57,008 bases of DNA, taken from Mageeibacillus sp. UBA1046 (GTDB lineage: Bacteria > Bacillota > Clostridia > Saccharofermentanales > DTU023). Positions 1-10,614 of this stretch are shown piece by piece. Location of the stretch: the NCBI GenBank assembly GCA_002316595.1, contig DCDV01000006.1:1217-58224 (forward strand), given 5' to 3'. Each line of letters opens with the position of its first letter. Position 1 is the stretch's first letter. The notes under the pieces were generated by a model that made no database searches, had not been told where the DNA came from, and was given only the letters and a program-made list of their open reading frames with translations. A program made the position numbers and the translations under genes.

Positions 1-23
1 TAAGTGCGTATTTGAGGTTTTCT

Positions 24-1352
24 ATGCTTAAAAGAAAAATATACTTAAAATTATTAGATTGGAAAGAAAAGGATAAAGGTAAAACAGCCCTGTTAATTGA
101 GGGAGGTAGACGTGTTGGTAAATCAACAATAGTAGAAGAATTTGCTAAAAATGAGTATGCTAGTTACATTTTAATAGACTTTGCATTTGCAGGAGAAGAT
201 ATTCAAAATTTGTTCAAGGATATAAATGACCTAAACAGATTCTTTATGCAGCTACAGTTATTATATAGCATAAGATTAGAGAACAGAAAATCATTAATAA
301 TTTTTGATGAGGTTCAATTTAATCCGTTAGCCAGACAGGCAATCAAGAAGTTAGTGGCTGATGGTAGATATGATTATATTGAAACAGGTTCTCTAATTTC
401 TATTAACAAAAATATCCAAAGTATTCTAATCCCAAGCGAAGAAAGAAAAATTAGCATGTACCCAATGGATTTTGAAGAGTTCCTCTGGGCTATCAATGAC
501 CATTCTACCATTGACCTAATAAGGACATTTTATAAAGAAAGAAAGCCCTTAAGCCAGGATGTTAATAGAAAAGTATTAAGACAGTTTCGTTTATATATGC
601 TAATCGGCGGTATGCCTCAAGCGATAAATGAGTATCTAGAGACAAATAATTTAGAATTAGTTGATCAAATAAAGAGAAATATAATAGATCTGTATGAGAA
701 AGACTTCTATAAGATAGACAGTAAAGGCAAAATTTCTATTTTGTATAATGCTATTCCAAGTGAGTTAAACAAACACTCAAAAGGTTTCCAAGTATCTAGT
801 GTGTTACCGAATGATCGTAAATCAACAATTTCAGAAGAGTTATCAGAACTTATATCATCTGGAACAGTATTGCCTTCGCACAATGTTTCGGACCCTAATG
901 TAGGCTTATCAAGCACTTATAATTTTGAAAATTTTAGATTATATAGTGTTGATGTTGGTTTATTGGTAACGCTTATGTTTAAAGATAATGACTTTACTGA
1001 AAATCTAATTTACAGAAAGTTACTATCAGATAAACTGCCAGTAAACTTGGGGATTCTATATGAAAATGTAGTGGCACAAATGCTCGTAACGAATGGCCAC
1101 AAGCTCTACTACCACACATATTACGATCATAAACAAAAGCGAACCTATGAAATAGACTTTTTAATAATTGACGGAAGCAAAATTTCACCAATTGAAGTAA
1201 AGTCCTCTAACTATAGAAGCCATACTTCGTTAGATAGATTTAGTGAAAAATATAATGATAGAGTTTCTATAAAAATAGTTTTACACACAAAAGACTTGAA
1301 GGTTAACAATAGAACTTTATATCTGCCAGCATATATGGCGATGTTTTTGTAA
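24..1352 (+). CDS. AAA+ ATPase with DUF4143-like C-terminal domain
   Basis: ORF 12..1352. Walker A GGRRVGKST, Walker B-like LIIFDEVQ, C-terminal EIDFLI...PIEVKSS motif. ATG at 24 preceded by GAGG is the likelier start. Visibly AT-rich. Confidence 0.8.
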   Translation: MLKRKIYLKLLDWKEKDKGKTALLIEGGRRVGKSTIVEEFAKNEYASYILIDFAFAGEDIQNLFKDINDLNRFFMQLQLLYSIRLENRKSLIIFDEVQFNPLARQAIKKLVADGRYDYIETGSLISINKNIQSILIPSEERKISMYPMDFEEFLWAINDHSTIDLIRTFYKERKPLSQDVNRKVLRQFRLYMLIGGMPQAINEYLETNNLELVDQIKRNIIDLYEKDFYKIDSKGKISILYNAIPSELNKHSKGFQVSSVLPNDRKSTISEELSELISSGTVLPSHNVSDPNVGLSSTYNFENFRLYSVDVGLLVTLMFKDNDFTENLIYRKLLSDKLPVNLGILYENVVAQMLVTNGHKLYYHTYYDHKQKRTYEIDFLIIDGSKISPIEVKSSNYRSHTSLDRFSEKYNDRVSIKIVLHTKDLKVNNRTLYLPAYMAMFL

Positions 1353-1386
1353 AGATTGAGTTTAATTTGTGGGACTTGCGTCAGAA

Positions 1387-2502
1387 TCAGTGTTTTTGCA
1401 GCCAACCGGCAACTAAAGCTTCTCTGTCGCCGCTCAAGACAAGGTCACTGTGCTGAGGGATCTTTAGCTGATCAAAGTAGAGATTCTCCATGGGAATCCA
1501 CTTATCAATGAAGTCATGGAATTGTGTCTCGGTGCTCCGTTTCTTAAGTCTCGTTATCTGCTCATCATTGTTTACCGTCAAAAATACTTTAAGATTGTAT
1601 AAAAATCGCAGCTGCGGGTGAAGACTGTAGGTGCCCTCAACGATATTCAGCTGTCCGGGTTTTATCGTGATCTGCCTGTCTTGGCTCATGGTTTGGCAAT
1701 TGAAAACATGATAACTGAATTGCTGCGATCCACTTAGAGGTTCAGCAACCTCGACAAGAAAGCGTTCGTAATCGATATTTCCACCCGGCTCTTGCAGCCT
1801 CTCGGCAGTTCTTAATCGTGCGGGGAGGAAGAAATGATCCATCGATATGACCCGGGCGCCATAGACGAATTGCAAAAGACCGGCCAGTGTAGATTTACCA
1901 GCTCCGCACAGTCCATCAATGCCTAGATTGACAGATTCTCCGGCTTGCAAAGTCTGGTCGAGACGGCAAAAGAGATCGAAATAAAGCCATGAGTCGAGCG
2001 ACACAACCCTATACGAAGGGGCATATTGTTCCAGGTAAAGAGGGCTGTGGCCGGGCGGAGGGCAAGTCTCAAAATCATAGCTTTCTAAAAATCTATCTAA
2101 TTCTAAAAGTACAGACTGATCCGCAGATGTTTCCAGAGAGGTTCGCAGATCAAGCAGCTTGCCTTTGAATCGCTGTGCATGACCCTTGATTTTATTCGCC
2201 GTATAGATACAAAGACGGTTAATAGTCGATGCGGAGATCCCGGTTTTCGCGATGCCTGCGAGATGAATCCGACAGAGACCGTTTCCTATGGGAGAGAACT
2301 GTCCTGTGACATGCTCAGGGTCGTGACGGCGGGCGCGGATCTCACCCTTAAGCTTCTCAAGACCGGCACTTTCGTCAGCAATCAGATGGCCAGATCCGAA
2401 TTCACTTTGATAGATTAGCTTAATTAAATCTGCTGCCTGCTGACAGGGCTGCAGCTTGATGCTCTGAAGCAGGATTGCTGTTAGTTGGTCAGTATGATTC
2501 AT
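1387..2502 (-). CDS. two-domain P-loop kinase (uridine kinase/PRK-like C-terminal half, unknown N-terminal ~190 aa)
   Basis: 371-aa ORF. Walker A GIDGLCGAGKSTLAG in the C-terminal half followed by ISMDHFF. N-terminal half not recognisable. Start overlaps the stop of the upstream S-component gene. Confidence 0.6.
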   Translation of the reverse strand: MNHTDQLTAILLQSIKLQPCQQAADLIKLIYQSEFGSGHLIADESAGLEKLKGEIRARRHDPEHVTGQFSPIGNGLCRIHLAGIAKTGISASTINRLCIYTANKIKGHAQRFKGKLLDLRTSLETSADQSVLLELDRFLESYDFETCPPPGHSPLYLEQYAPSYRVVSLDSWLYFDLFCRLDQTLQAGESVNLGIDGLCGAGKSTLAGLLQFVYGARVISMDHFFLPARLRTAERLQEPGGNIDYERFLVEVAEPLSGSQQFSYHVFNCQTMSQDRQITIKPGQLNIVEGTYSLHPQLRFLYNLKVFLTVNNDEQITRLKKRSTETQFHDFIDKWIPMENLYFDQLKIPQHSDLVLSGDREALVAGWLQKH

Positions 2503-3037
2503 TTTCGATTAGATTTGCTTTTTGGAGTGTCAGCACGGACAGCGGAATTACTGCAATCTGCAAGATAAGACCCGGGACTGCATTGAGAAATCCAGCCGTA
2601 ACAAAGAGCTTCCAAGTGAAGACAGTGCCTGAAAGTGCATACAAGACAGCGCTGACAAGGCCCCAGACCAGACGTCCGATCCCCATGGCGATAATCAGGT
2701 TAAGATAAATGAAGACTGTCTTGCGAGGGAGAAGTCTGTAAAGAATCCCGGTTAAAAAACCGTAGCTTGCCAGCTCAAAAGCCATGGCTATCGCTGTCGG
2801 GTAAAGAGGCGGCATGCCAAAGAGCAAATAGCGGAGCAAAGGGAGTATGAAACCAATTAGCGATCCCAGAGGCGCTCCGACCGCGAAGCCTGCCAATAGA
2901 ACCGGCAAGTGCATAGGCAGCAGCATATTGCCAATACCGGGTATCTGGCCTGTCAAGAACGGCAAGACCAGGCCAAGGGCTACCAGGGTTCCTGAGAGAG
3001 CCAATTTTCGGATTGTCATTTTTTTCGTCGCTGTCAT
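2489..3037 (-). CDS. ECF transporter S component (substrate unknown)
   Basis: 182-aa polytopic hydrophobic protein (about 5-6 TM). The pattern LPMHLPVLLAGF...PLLRYLLFG resembles ECF S-components. 14-nt overlap with the kinase gene. Confidence 0.65.
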   Translation of the reverse strand: MTATKKMTIRKLALSGTLVALGLVLPFLTGQIPGIGNMLLPMHLPVLLAGFAVGAPLGSLIGFILPLLRYLLFGMPPLYPTAIAMAFELASYGFLTGILYRLLPRKTVFIYLNLIIAMGIGRLVWGLVSAVLYALSGTVFTWKLFVTAGFLNAVPGLILQIAVIPLSVLTLQKANLIENESY

Positions 3038-3228
3038 TTATGTGACCATTTTAACAGGTGCCGGAGTCACTTGCATCATAAGCTCGAATCTTGTGTGTAT
3101 TGCTCTGATCCGAATTAAAATCAGGGTTGACTTATCAGTTATAATGTTTTATATTTATTCAGCATCATTTGTAAATATGTAAAATACAATTGATGCAGCA
3201 CTTATGAAAAATACAGGTGGAGAAAAAA

Positions 3229-4104
3229 ATGAAAAAATCCAGGACAATAATTTTAACGGTCATCACCATACTGATAATGGCATTAGGTATTACTGCTTGC
3301 GGCAGTACAGACACCGACACCGATACCGAGGGCAAGGACAAGGTCAAAGTGATTGAAATAGCCCTTACTGAAGAGGAATATGCTTTCGGTGTAGACAAGA
3401 ATCAGCCGGAACTGCTTGAGCAGGTAAATGAATTTATCGCTCAGATCGAGGAAGACGGCACCTTGGAAGAAATCTTTGAAAAGTACTTTGGCGATGGAAC
3501 TCCGGAGGCAGTTGCCTCTGCTGAACCAGATCCGGGTAAAGATCAGCTGGTGGTAGCAACCAACGCAAGCTTTGAACCTTTTGAGTACACCTTAGGTGAT
3601 GATTACTACGGTATTGACATGGAGATCGCAGCGCTGCTGGCAGATCATCTGGGCAAAGAGCTTGTAATCAGCAACATGGACTTTGACGCAGTTGTTCTGT
3701 CCGTCGGCCAGGGTAAAGCCGATGTCGCCATGGCCGGTCTGACCATCACCGACAGCCGTAAGGAGTTCGTGGAATTCTCAGATAAATACTACGATGCTTC
3801 CCAGAAGCTTATCGTCAAGGCTGAAGATACCACCTTTGATGAATGTGAAACCATCGAAGACGTTGAAGCCATCCTGTCTGAACTGGAAAGTGATGTGAAA
3901 ATTGGCGTTCAAGCCGGCACCACAAGTCAATTTTATGTCGAAGGCGATGAGGATTGGGGTTTCTCAGGCTATGACGCGGAATGTGTCGGCTACAAGGCGG
4001 GCTCATTGGCAGTACAGGATATGCTTAATGGCAATATAGATTATGTAATCATAGATGAGGCTCCGGCACAGGCTATAATAAGTTCAATCAATGAACTGAA
4101 CTAA
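3229..4104 (+). CDS. polar amino-acid ABC transporter substrate-binding lipoprotein
   Basis: ORF 3217..4104. ATG at 3229 follows AGGTGGAG. Lipobox LGITAC. SBP family 3-like body (FEPFEY, GLTITDSR). Confidence 0.85.
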   Translation: MKKSRTIILTVITILIMALGITACGSTDTDTDTEGKDKVKVIEIALTEEEYAFGVDKNQPELLEQVNEFIAQIEEDGTLEEIFEKYFGDGTPEAVASAEPDPGKDQLVVATNASFEPFEYTLGDDYYGIDMEIAALLADHLGKELVISNMDFDAVVLSVGQGKADVAMAGLTITDSRKEFVEFSDKYYDASQKLIVKAEDTTFDECETIEDVEAILSELESDVKIGVQAGTTSQFYVEGDEDWGFSGYDAECVGYKAGSLAVQDMLNGNIDYVIIDEAPAQAIISSINELN

Positions 4105-4164
4105 GCCTGATACACCGCACTTCTTGGAGATCCCCGCTCTTTGTTTAAAGAGCGAGGATTTCTT

Positions 4165-4908
4165 ATGAAAATATCCCCAGAGGAAGAGATAATGGGCAGC
4201 TTTAGCATAAAGTTTGAAAGATTCTGGCAAGTATTTTATGACCATAATGGTTATGTAAGAGTACTCGAAGGCCTGAAAAACACGATTACTATTGCCATAT
4301 TTGGTTTAATAATCGGGGTCATAATCGGCACAGCCATCGCCGCCATTGAAGTATCGCCGAAAAAAAGCATATTTGCCAGAATTCTGAATAGATTATGTAT
4401 TTTCTATGTAGGTTTATTTAGAGGCACTCCGATTGTAGTACAGCTTCTGGTCACATATTACGTTGCTCTTCCTCTTCTTGGGATCAATATGACTCCTGTT
4501 AATGTCTGTGTTCTGGTATTTGGTCTTAACAGCGGAGCTTATGTCTCAGAAATTATGAGAGGCGGCATCTTGTCTGTTGATCCCGGTCAGATGGAAGCAG
4601 GCCGCGCGCTTGGTCTGAGTTACGGTATTACAATGATTAAGGTCGTCGTGCCGCAGGCGGTAAAAAACATTTTGCCCACTATTGGCAATGAGTTCATAGC
4701 CCTAATCAAAGAAACATCTGTCGTCAGCTTTGTCGGTGCTCTGGACCTGTATGTGGCATTCAACTATATTGGAACCAATAATTATGAGTTCATGGTTCCA
4801 TATCTGGTCATGGCCCTCATTTATATAGTCTTAGTCATGTTTATCTCGTTCTTGATCAAAACTATGGAGAGGAGTCTGAGAAGAAGTGATAGAAGTAGTA
4901 AATCTTAG
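4165..4908 (+). CDS. amino-acid ABC transporter permease (His/Glu/Gln/Arg/opine family)
   Basis: ORF 4141..4908. ATG at 4165 after GAGGA. EAA-loop-like [22 protein letters not shown]. Multiple TM segments. Confidence 0.85.
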   Translation: MKISPEEEIMGSFSIKFERFWQVFYDHNGYVRVLEGLKNTITIAIFGLIIGVIIGTAIAAIEVSPKKSIFARILNRLCIFYVGLFRGTPIVVQLLVTYYVALPLLGINMTPVNVCVLVFGLNSGAYVSEIMRGGILSVDPGQMEAGRALGLSYGITMIKVVVPQAVKNILPTIGNEFIALIKETSVVSFVGALDLYVAFNYIGTNNYEFMVPYLVMALIYIVLVMFISFLIKTMERSLRRSDRSSKS

Positions 4909-5716
4909 TCTGAATTACGGAGATCTAAAAGTTCTCAAAGACATTTCCTTTACCATTGAACAGGGTGAGAAAATTGCCATTATCGGTCCTTCAGGAAGCG
5001 GAAAAAGCACTCTTCTTCGCTGTCTCAACTGTATGGAAGAGCCAAGCAGCGGCTCGATAATTTTTGAAGGTGATGATATTGCAGATTCTTCAGTCGATCT
5101 TAATTTGCACCGCAGAAGTATGGGCATGGTCTTTCAGCAGTTTAATTTGTTCAACAACAAAACTGTAATCGACAACATTATGATGGCCCCATTACATATT
5201 GGCTTGCACAATCTAAGAAAAATGAAGTGGCAAAATATACTCCTGAAGCTCAGAAATCTCTTCAGCAAGGAGAAGAAACCTTTAAACGAGATTAGTTCTA
5301 CCCCGGCTCAAATAAAAGCGGAAATTAAAGACAGCGCCATGAGCCTGTTGCGCAGAATAGGACTGGAAGACAAAAAGGATGTCTATCCTTCTACTCTTTC
5401 CGGCGGTGAAAAACAAAGGATAGCAATAGTCAGAGCGTTAGCCATGAATCCTAAAGTGATGCTTTTTGATGAGCCCACTTCCTCTCTAGATCCGGAAATG
5501 GTCGGCGAGGTCTTAGATTTGATCAGAGTGCTTGCGGATGAGGGCATGACAATGGTGATAGTCACCCATGAGATGGGATTTGCCAAAGAGGTAGCTACCA
5601 GAGTTTTATTCATGGATGACGGCCGAATAGCTGAAGACAGTCCTCCGGAAAAACTGTTTTCTGATCCGCAAAATCCCCGAACAAAAGAATTCCTCTCAAA
5701 GGTAAAAGCTTTATAA
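4886..5716 (+). CDS. amino-acid ABC transporter ATP-binding protein (with internal insertion)
   Basis: Walker [11 protein letters not shown]-loop FQQFNLF, signature LSGGEKQR, Walker [10 protein letters not shown]-loop VTHEM. Confidence 0.9.
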   Translation: MIEVVNLSLNYGDLKVLKDISFTIEQGEKIAIIGPSGSGKSTLLRCLNCMEEPSSGSIIFEGDDIADSSVDLNLHRRSMGMVFQQFNLFNNKTVIDNIMMAPLHIGLHNLRKMKWQNILLKLRNLFSKEKKPLNEISSTPAQIKAEIKDSAMSLLRRIGLEDKKDVYPSTLSGGEKQRIAIVRALAMNPKVMLFDEPTSSLDPEMVGEVLDLIRVLADEGMTMVIVTHEMGFAKEVATRVLFMDDGRIAEDSPPEKLFSDPQNPRTKEFLSKVKAL

Positions 5717-5825
5717 AGTTCTTTATGGCTTTATCAAGGTGAAAAGAGGCGTGTCTTTTAGTTGTTATTCGATATCAAATGAATTATGTCAAACAGCCGA
5801 AAGAAAAGATCTTCTAATTATGGGA

Positions 5826-6743
5826 TTAATTGCAATTACAATTCTCCCTTTTGATTTCGTCATCATTCATGAATATATCAAAGAAATCTTTGGCAATTTT
5901 ATTATCCGTATTTTTCTTTATTGCTAACATAATACAAGATTCTATACCTAAATCGCTAACATTATGAGCTTCAAGATCTTCCATATGGTTTGACTCAAAA
6001 GCTGATTCAGGAGTTAAGGAAATACCGAATTTTGATGAAGCCCAGCTGATAGATGTCCTTGCATCATCGCAAACACAGATAGGACAGAATTCAAGGCCTT
6101 TTTCATGGAAGGCATTTCGTATTAAACCTTCCCATCGGCGGTAGATAATGAGCGGTTTGGTGCTTAGCCATTCTAAACTTGTAATCTGATTGGGAGAATC
6201 AAAATTGGATTTATGAGCAACAGCTACCATCGCTTCATTATGTAATCTGATGCATTGAAAATTTTCTTGCGGAAAAGGAGTTCTTACAAAAGCTGCATCA
6301 AGTTCTCCATTTCGAAGCATATCAATCAAGGAATTAGTATTCTTTTCATGAACCTCAAATAATATGTCAGGGCGATTTACATGGAACTCAAGGATTATTT
6401 CTCGGATACTCAGATGTTCTGCTGAAGATATTGTACCGATTCGCAAGATCCCACTTACACCTTGCGCCATTGATACGATTTCCTTTTTTGTTACTTCAGA
6501 AAGATCAATGAGTGTTTTAGCTCTACGATAAAGGGATAAACCTGCTTCAGTAATTATTAACTGTCGTCCATCACGTATGAATAATAATGTACCGAATTCT
6601 TCTTCCATTTTCTTAATTTGCAGACTTAAGGGTGGCTGTGACATGTGCAATTTTCTGGCAGCAGCTGAAATGCTGCCTTCTTCAACAATAGAAACAAAGT
6701 AATCCAATTGAAACAGATCCACGTAATAACCTTTCATGATCAT
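5826..6743 (-). CDS. LysR family transcriptional regulator
   Basis: N-terminal HTH (FVSIVEEGSISAAARKLHMSQPPLSLQIKKMEEEFG) plus LysR substrate-binding-like C-terminus. Divergent from the lactate permease gene. Confidence 0.9.
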   Translation of the reverse strand: MIMKGYYVDLFQLDYFVSIVEEGSISAAARKLHMSQPPLSLQIKKMEEEFGTLLFIRDGRQLIITEAGLSLYRRAKTLIDLSEVTKKEIVSMAQGVSGILRIGTISSAEHLSIREIILEFHVNRPDILFEVHEKNTNSLIDMLRNGELDAAFVRTPFPQENFQCIRLHNEAMVAVAHKSNFDSPNQITSLEWLSTKPLIIYRRWEGLIRNAFHEKGLEFCPICVCDDARTSISWASSKFGISLTPESAFESNHMEDLEAHNVSDLGIESCIMLAIKKNTDNKIAKDFFDIFMNDDEIKRENCNCN

Positions 6744-6789
6744 AATCTTGCAGTTTGTAAACTTGATTCTGAATTATTATACCATGATG

Positions 6790-6808
6790 TCAATATTTCA
6801 TATATTGA
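6790..6808. promoter_or_regulatory. candidate LysR-type operator (7-5-7 inverted repeat TCAATAT-N5-ATATTGA)
   Basis: Perfect inverted repeat in the LysR/permease divergent intergenic region, nested within a wider ATACCAT...ATGGTAT repeat (6778..6827). Confidence 0.3.
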
Positions 6809-7008
6809 TGCCTACAAAGATGGTATGGGGACGAATAGTTAATGTGATTTATAATAATTAAAACAGTCTTCTGAATAAATAGTTTCATAAAGTATCGTTA
6901 ATTGTATGTTTCGTTGATTTATTAAATATCAAACAGTATATAAATTAATAATGGTTAATAAATTAGAAATATATAGAAAAATATATTAGTTAAAGAAAGA
7001 AACTTCCA

Positions 7009-8565
7009 ATGACTCTTGAACTGAATGCATACAATTGGTTATTAGCAATTGCACCAGTAATTACATTACTGGTTTCCTTGCTAGTACTAAGATGGGAACC
7101 GACTCAGGCTGGAGCTTTTACCTGGCTTATTACCATGGTAATTGCCTATTTCTTTTACGGTATGGATTTCCGCGGTCTGGTATTAGCTAATAGCAAAGGG
7201 ATGAGTGTTGCACTTTATGTCGTGCTAATAATATGGTCTGCATTATTTCTCTACAATATTGTCTATGAATCTAGTGCTATCAATGTTATCGGTTCTACTC
7301 TGAGTGGAATTACCGCGGACAAAACAATGTTAGTACTTCTGCTTGCTTGGTGTTTTACCTCCTTATTGCAGGGATTGGCTGGTTTTGGCGTGCCCGTAGC
7401 AGTTGTTGCCCCAATTCTTGTGGCGATGGGAATCTCTCCCTTGATGTCAGTAATGGTCTGTTTGATTGGTCATTCTTGGTCAATATCTTTTGGCTCTATG
7501 GGTTCATCGTATAATGCCATACAATTGGTGACTGGAATTCCCGGCGAGAAAATCGCTCCGCAAATGGCGCTACTGTTCGCTATATGCGTATTTGCCACTG
7601 GATTTGAAGTTGTTTATATCTACGAGGGGAAAGCTGGGTTAAAAAAACGCATACTACTGGTTATCACAACTAGTTTTGCTATCTCCGGAACAATGTGGTT
7701 GATGTGTATTATTGGCGTAGCTCAAGTAGCTTCTCTAGTCTCCGCTATTGTAGGCTGTGCAGTTATCGCTTTGTGGACTAAGCATGCTAAACGGAAGGGA
7801 AAGAGTCAAAAGCAACATGTCCCAGAGCGGACAACTAAGCAGATGAGCTTCCATCAAGCTGCTCTCCCTTACTATTTGGTAATCGGGGTCACATTATTGA
7901 TGCAAATTAAACCGATTAAGAATGAAGTACAAAAGCTATATTTTGGACTTTCATATCCAGCTACTGTTACTAAATTGGGCTATTTGGTACCAGCAGAGAA
8001 AGCTTATTCCAAAATTAGTTGGTTCATACATCCAGCAGCTATACTTTTTTTTGCCGCAATTGTTGGTGGGATATTATATATCAGAAAACTAGGCGTGTCT
8101 AAGACTATCTTCCGAAATGCTGCTCATAACACAATTATTAAATGCGTGCCGACTAGTGTGGCAATTTTTACTCTAGTTATGATGGCATTGATAATGGGAG
8201 ATTCTGGCATGACTATCATGATCGCTAAGGGTGCCGCTTCTACTCTCGGATCATTCTATCCTTTTGTTTCTCCCTTCATAGGTGTTTTGGGAACGTTTAT
8301 TACCGATAGCAATACTAATTCGAATGTCATGTTTGGCTTGCTCCAATATGAAACAGGAAATCTAATTGGAGTTAGTGGAACTCTTTTAGCAGCAGCGCAA
8401 TCGGTTGGAGGGTCCTTGGGCGTAAGTATCGCACCTACCACCGTAATGATGAACACGGCGAATCTTGGCATCTATGGTAAGGATAGTGAGGTTATTCGCA
8501 AAAATTTAAAGTACTGCTTACTAAACGCAGCATTAGTTGGTGTGGCAGTTTGGTTGATTGCTTAG
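7009..8565 (+). CDS. lctP: L-lactate permease (LctP) family transporter
   Basis: 518 aa, polytopic. LctP-like motifs LQGLAGFGVPVAVVAPILVAMGISPL and ITDSNTNSNVMFG. Confidence 0.8.
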   Translation: MTLELNAYNWLLAIAPVITLLVSLLVLRWEPTQAGAFTWLITMVIAYFFYGMDFRGLVLANSKGMSVALYVVLIIWSALFLYNIVYESSAINVIGSTLSGITADKTMLVLLLAWCFTSLLQGLAGFGVPVAVVAPILVAMGISPLMSVMVCLIGHSWSISFGSMGSSYNAIQLVTGIPGEKIAPQMALLFAICVFATGFEVVYIYEGKAGLKKRILLVITTSFAISGTMWLMCIIGVAQVASLVSAIVGCAVIALWTKHAKRKGKSQKQHVPERTTKQMSFHQAALPYYLVIGVTLLMQIKPIKNEVQKLYFGLSYPATVTKLGYLVPAEKAYSKISWFIHPAAILFFAAIVGGILYIRKLGVSKTIFRNAAHNTIIKCVPTSVAIFTLVMMALIMGDSGMTIMIAKGAASTLGSFYPFVSPFIGVLGTFITDSNTNSNVMFGLLQYETGNLIGVSGTLLAAAQSVGGSLGVSIAPTTVMMNTANLGIYGKDSEVIRKNLKYCLLNAALVGVAVWLIA

Positions 8566-8582
8566 AAAAAAGCAGGGTTGAA

Positions 8583-8760
8583 TATGAAGCAGCATAGTAA
8601 AAATAAACGAATGTTTCTATTAAGAATATCTTTAATAATTCTGATAGTAAATTTTGTCTTCGCATACTTAGGCGGAACGCTTGATAATAGCATTTTTATT
8701 ACTGTGTCGCTTGTACTTTGCCTCGTAACAATTATTTTGATTTTATTAGCACGAAGATGA
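8583..8760 (+). CDS. small hypothetical membrane protein (2 predicted TM)
   Basis: ORF 8578..8760. Two hydrophobic stretches. Weak RBS, no recognisable family. Confidence 0.3.
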
Positions 8761-8945
8761 ATTTGGACATTGTAACTTCACTTTTGTTTTTTCTGCTTAA
8801 TATTTAGCAAATAGTGAAAGTGACAAGAAAGGAGAGACAACGATTAAATTTGATGGAGTTGGCATGGTATTTTTTCTTGTTGAAAAAATGGCAGGTAATT
8901 AACTAATCTTGATCAAAACTTGAAGAATGAGAAGGGGGAATGACA

Positions 8946-10520
8946 ATGAGAAAGTCATTACGATTGTTTACTATTCTATTAACCGCCGTTTTATTGTTTA
9001 CTTTTTCGGCATGTGGCAGTACAGAATCAAATGAACCTGAAGACTCTCATACAACAAAGAGTTCAGAAGATCCAAAAGCTTCGGAAGGCAAAGATTCAAT
9101 AACTATTGCCTATAATGCCGAACCTGTTTCTCTAGCTTCATATGAGGCTAACAACTTAACGACACACAGTGTTTGTTCAAATCTTTACGATACGCTTATC
9201 CGAGAGGAATCTGACGGTGAATTAGTTCCTGGATTAGCATCAGAATGGACTTACAGTGATGACAATACCGAGATTGTTTTTACTCTGCGAGAAGGAATTA
9301 AATTCCATGACGGATCAGAAATGACAGCAGAAGACGTAGTGTTCTCAATGAATACAGCCATAGCTTCAAGTAAAACTGCGCGTATGACAGGCTCTTTTGA
9401 AAAGATGGAGAAGGTTGACGATACTCATGTGAAATTATATTTGAAATATCCTTATGGCGCTGTAGAATCATGCCTTTCAAATGATAACTGCGGAATATTC
9501 AGCAAAGCTGCTTATGAAAAAGATCCTGAAGGGTTTACCCGTAATCCCGTTGCTACTGGACCTTATAAGATTGTCAGCTGGACTGCAGGTGAAAGCGTTG
9601 TAATGGAAGCTTTTGCAGATTACTGGCGTGAACCTGCAGCAATCAAGAATCTGATTTTTCGTATAGTCCCCGACGCTTCATCTGGATTAGTTGCTCTGGA
9701 AACCGGGCAGATTGACGTGTTGAATCTTCCCAACACTACTGATTTCGATTATATTGAGTCTAATTCAAAGCTGCAGCTTAGCACTACAGCAGCTAATAGT
9801 TTCTATTTTGTTGCTTTCAACTGCACTGACGGTCTATTTGCCGAAAATAAAGTACTGAGAGAAGTTGTTGCTAATGCTATCGATCCGGAAGCTATTTTAC
9901 TCGGCGCTTTGGATGGACAGGGGGAACTGGTGAACTGTGCAATACCTGTTAATGTTAAATTCTTCCCTCAGGAATTTGATGGGTATAGTTATAATCCGGA
10001 TTACGCAAAACAATTGTTAAAAGAGAGCGGATTCGAAGGCCAAAAAATAAAAATCCCTTGTATGGATGTTGGTAATGACCTCGCAATAACTGAAGTTGTG
10101 GTGGAGCAACTAAAAGCCGTGGGATTTGATGCCGAGATAGATATGATGGAGTCTACTGCTTTCCTGGCAGATGTTTATACCAATGGTTTGTATGATATCT
10201 GTGTTAACAGCTACACATGCTTTATTAATGATGCTGATGGGATCATGTATATGCGTTATCATAGCGACTATTTAGGCGGTGGAAATAACTTCGTAATGTA
10301 CAATAATCCCGAAATGGACTCACTACTTGATAAAGCCCGCAGTTCAGACAATGATGACGAACGCGCGCTTGCTTATCGTGATGCTTGTACATTAATGAGA
10401 GACGATTATGTATTGGTCCCCATACTTTGCTACTTGAATGCCTTAGCTGCTGACGCAGATCTGAATGGAATTAAGGCTAGCGACCGTCAACGCATCTATG
10501 TTTATGATTTTTCCTGGTAA
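8946..10520 (+). CDS. peptide/nickel ABC transporter substrate-binding lipoprotein (SBP family 5)
   Basis: ORF 8940..10520. The second ATG (8946) has better spacing to GGGGG. Lipobox FSACGS. Family-5 SBP length and motifs. Confidence 0.85.
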   Translation: MRKSLRLFTILLTAVLLFTFSACGSTESNEPEDSHTTKSSEDPKASEGKDSITIAYNAEPVSLASYEANNLTTHSVCSNLYDTLIREESDGELVPGLASEWTYSDDNTEIVFTLREGIKFHDGSEMTAEDVVFSMNTAIASSKTARMTGSFEKMEKVDDTHVKLYLKYPYGAVESCLSNDNCGIFSKAAYEKDPEGFTRNPVATGPYKIVSWTAGESVVMEAFADYWREPAAIKNLIFRIVPDASSGLVALETGQIDVLNLPNTTDFDYIESNSKLQLSTTAANSFYFVAFNCTDGLFAENKVLREVVANAIDPEAILLGALDGQGELVNCAIPVNVKFFPQEFDGYSYNPDYAKQLLKESGFEGQKIKIPCMDVGNDLAITEVVVEQLKAVGFDAEIDMMESTAFLADVYTNGLYDICVNSYTCFINDADGIMYMRYHSDYLGGGNNFVMYNNPEMDSLLDKARSSDNDDERALAYRDACTLMRDDYVLVPILCYLNALAADADLNGIKASDRQRIYVYDFSW

Positions 10521-10541
10521 TATTGCCACCTAATATGTGTA

Positions 10542-10572
10542 GCGTCATGGGAAAATTGATTTCCCATGACGC
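10542..10572 (+). other. intercistronic stem-loop (13-bp perfect stem, 5-nt loop)
   Basis: GCGTCATGGGAAA-attga-TTTCCCATGACGC directly after the SBP gene. Typical position for a transcript-stabilising or attenuating hairpin in ABC operons. Confidence 0.55.
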
Positions 10573-10614
10573 ACATCTTAACCAAGGAGAACAAGTCGTA
10601 GGAGATATAAACAT

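Noticed and set aside
3038-3216. Known riboswitch (THF, preQ1, TPP, etc.) in the S-component leader
   Set aside because: I could not match any consensus by eye. It is left as an open question in the corresponding finding rather than called as a feature.
5739-5927. 62-aa plus-strand ORF
   Set aside because: It overlaps the 3' end of the LysR gene on the opposite strand and has no supporting signals.
8853-8906. 17-codon hydrophobic mini-ORF (MELAWYFFLLKKWQVIN) upstream of the peptide ABC operon
   Set aside because: GGAGAG lies about 16 nt upstream, which is poor spacing. No supporting conservation can be assessed from the sequence alone.
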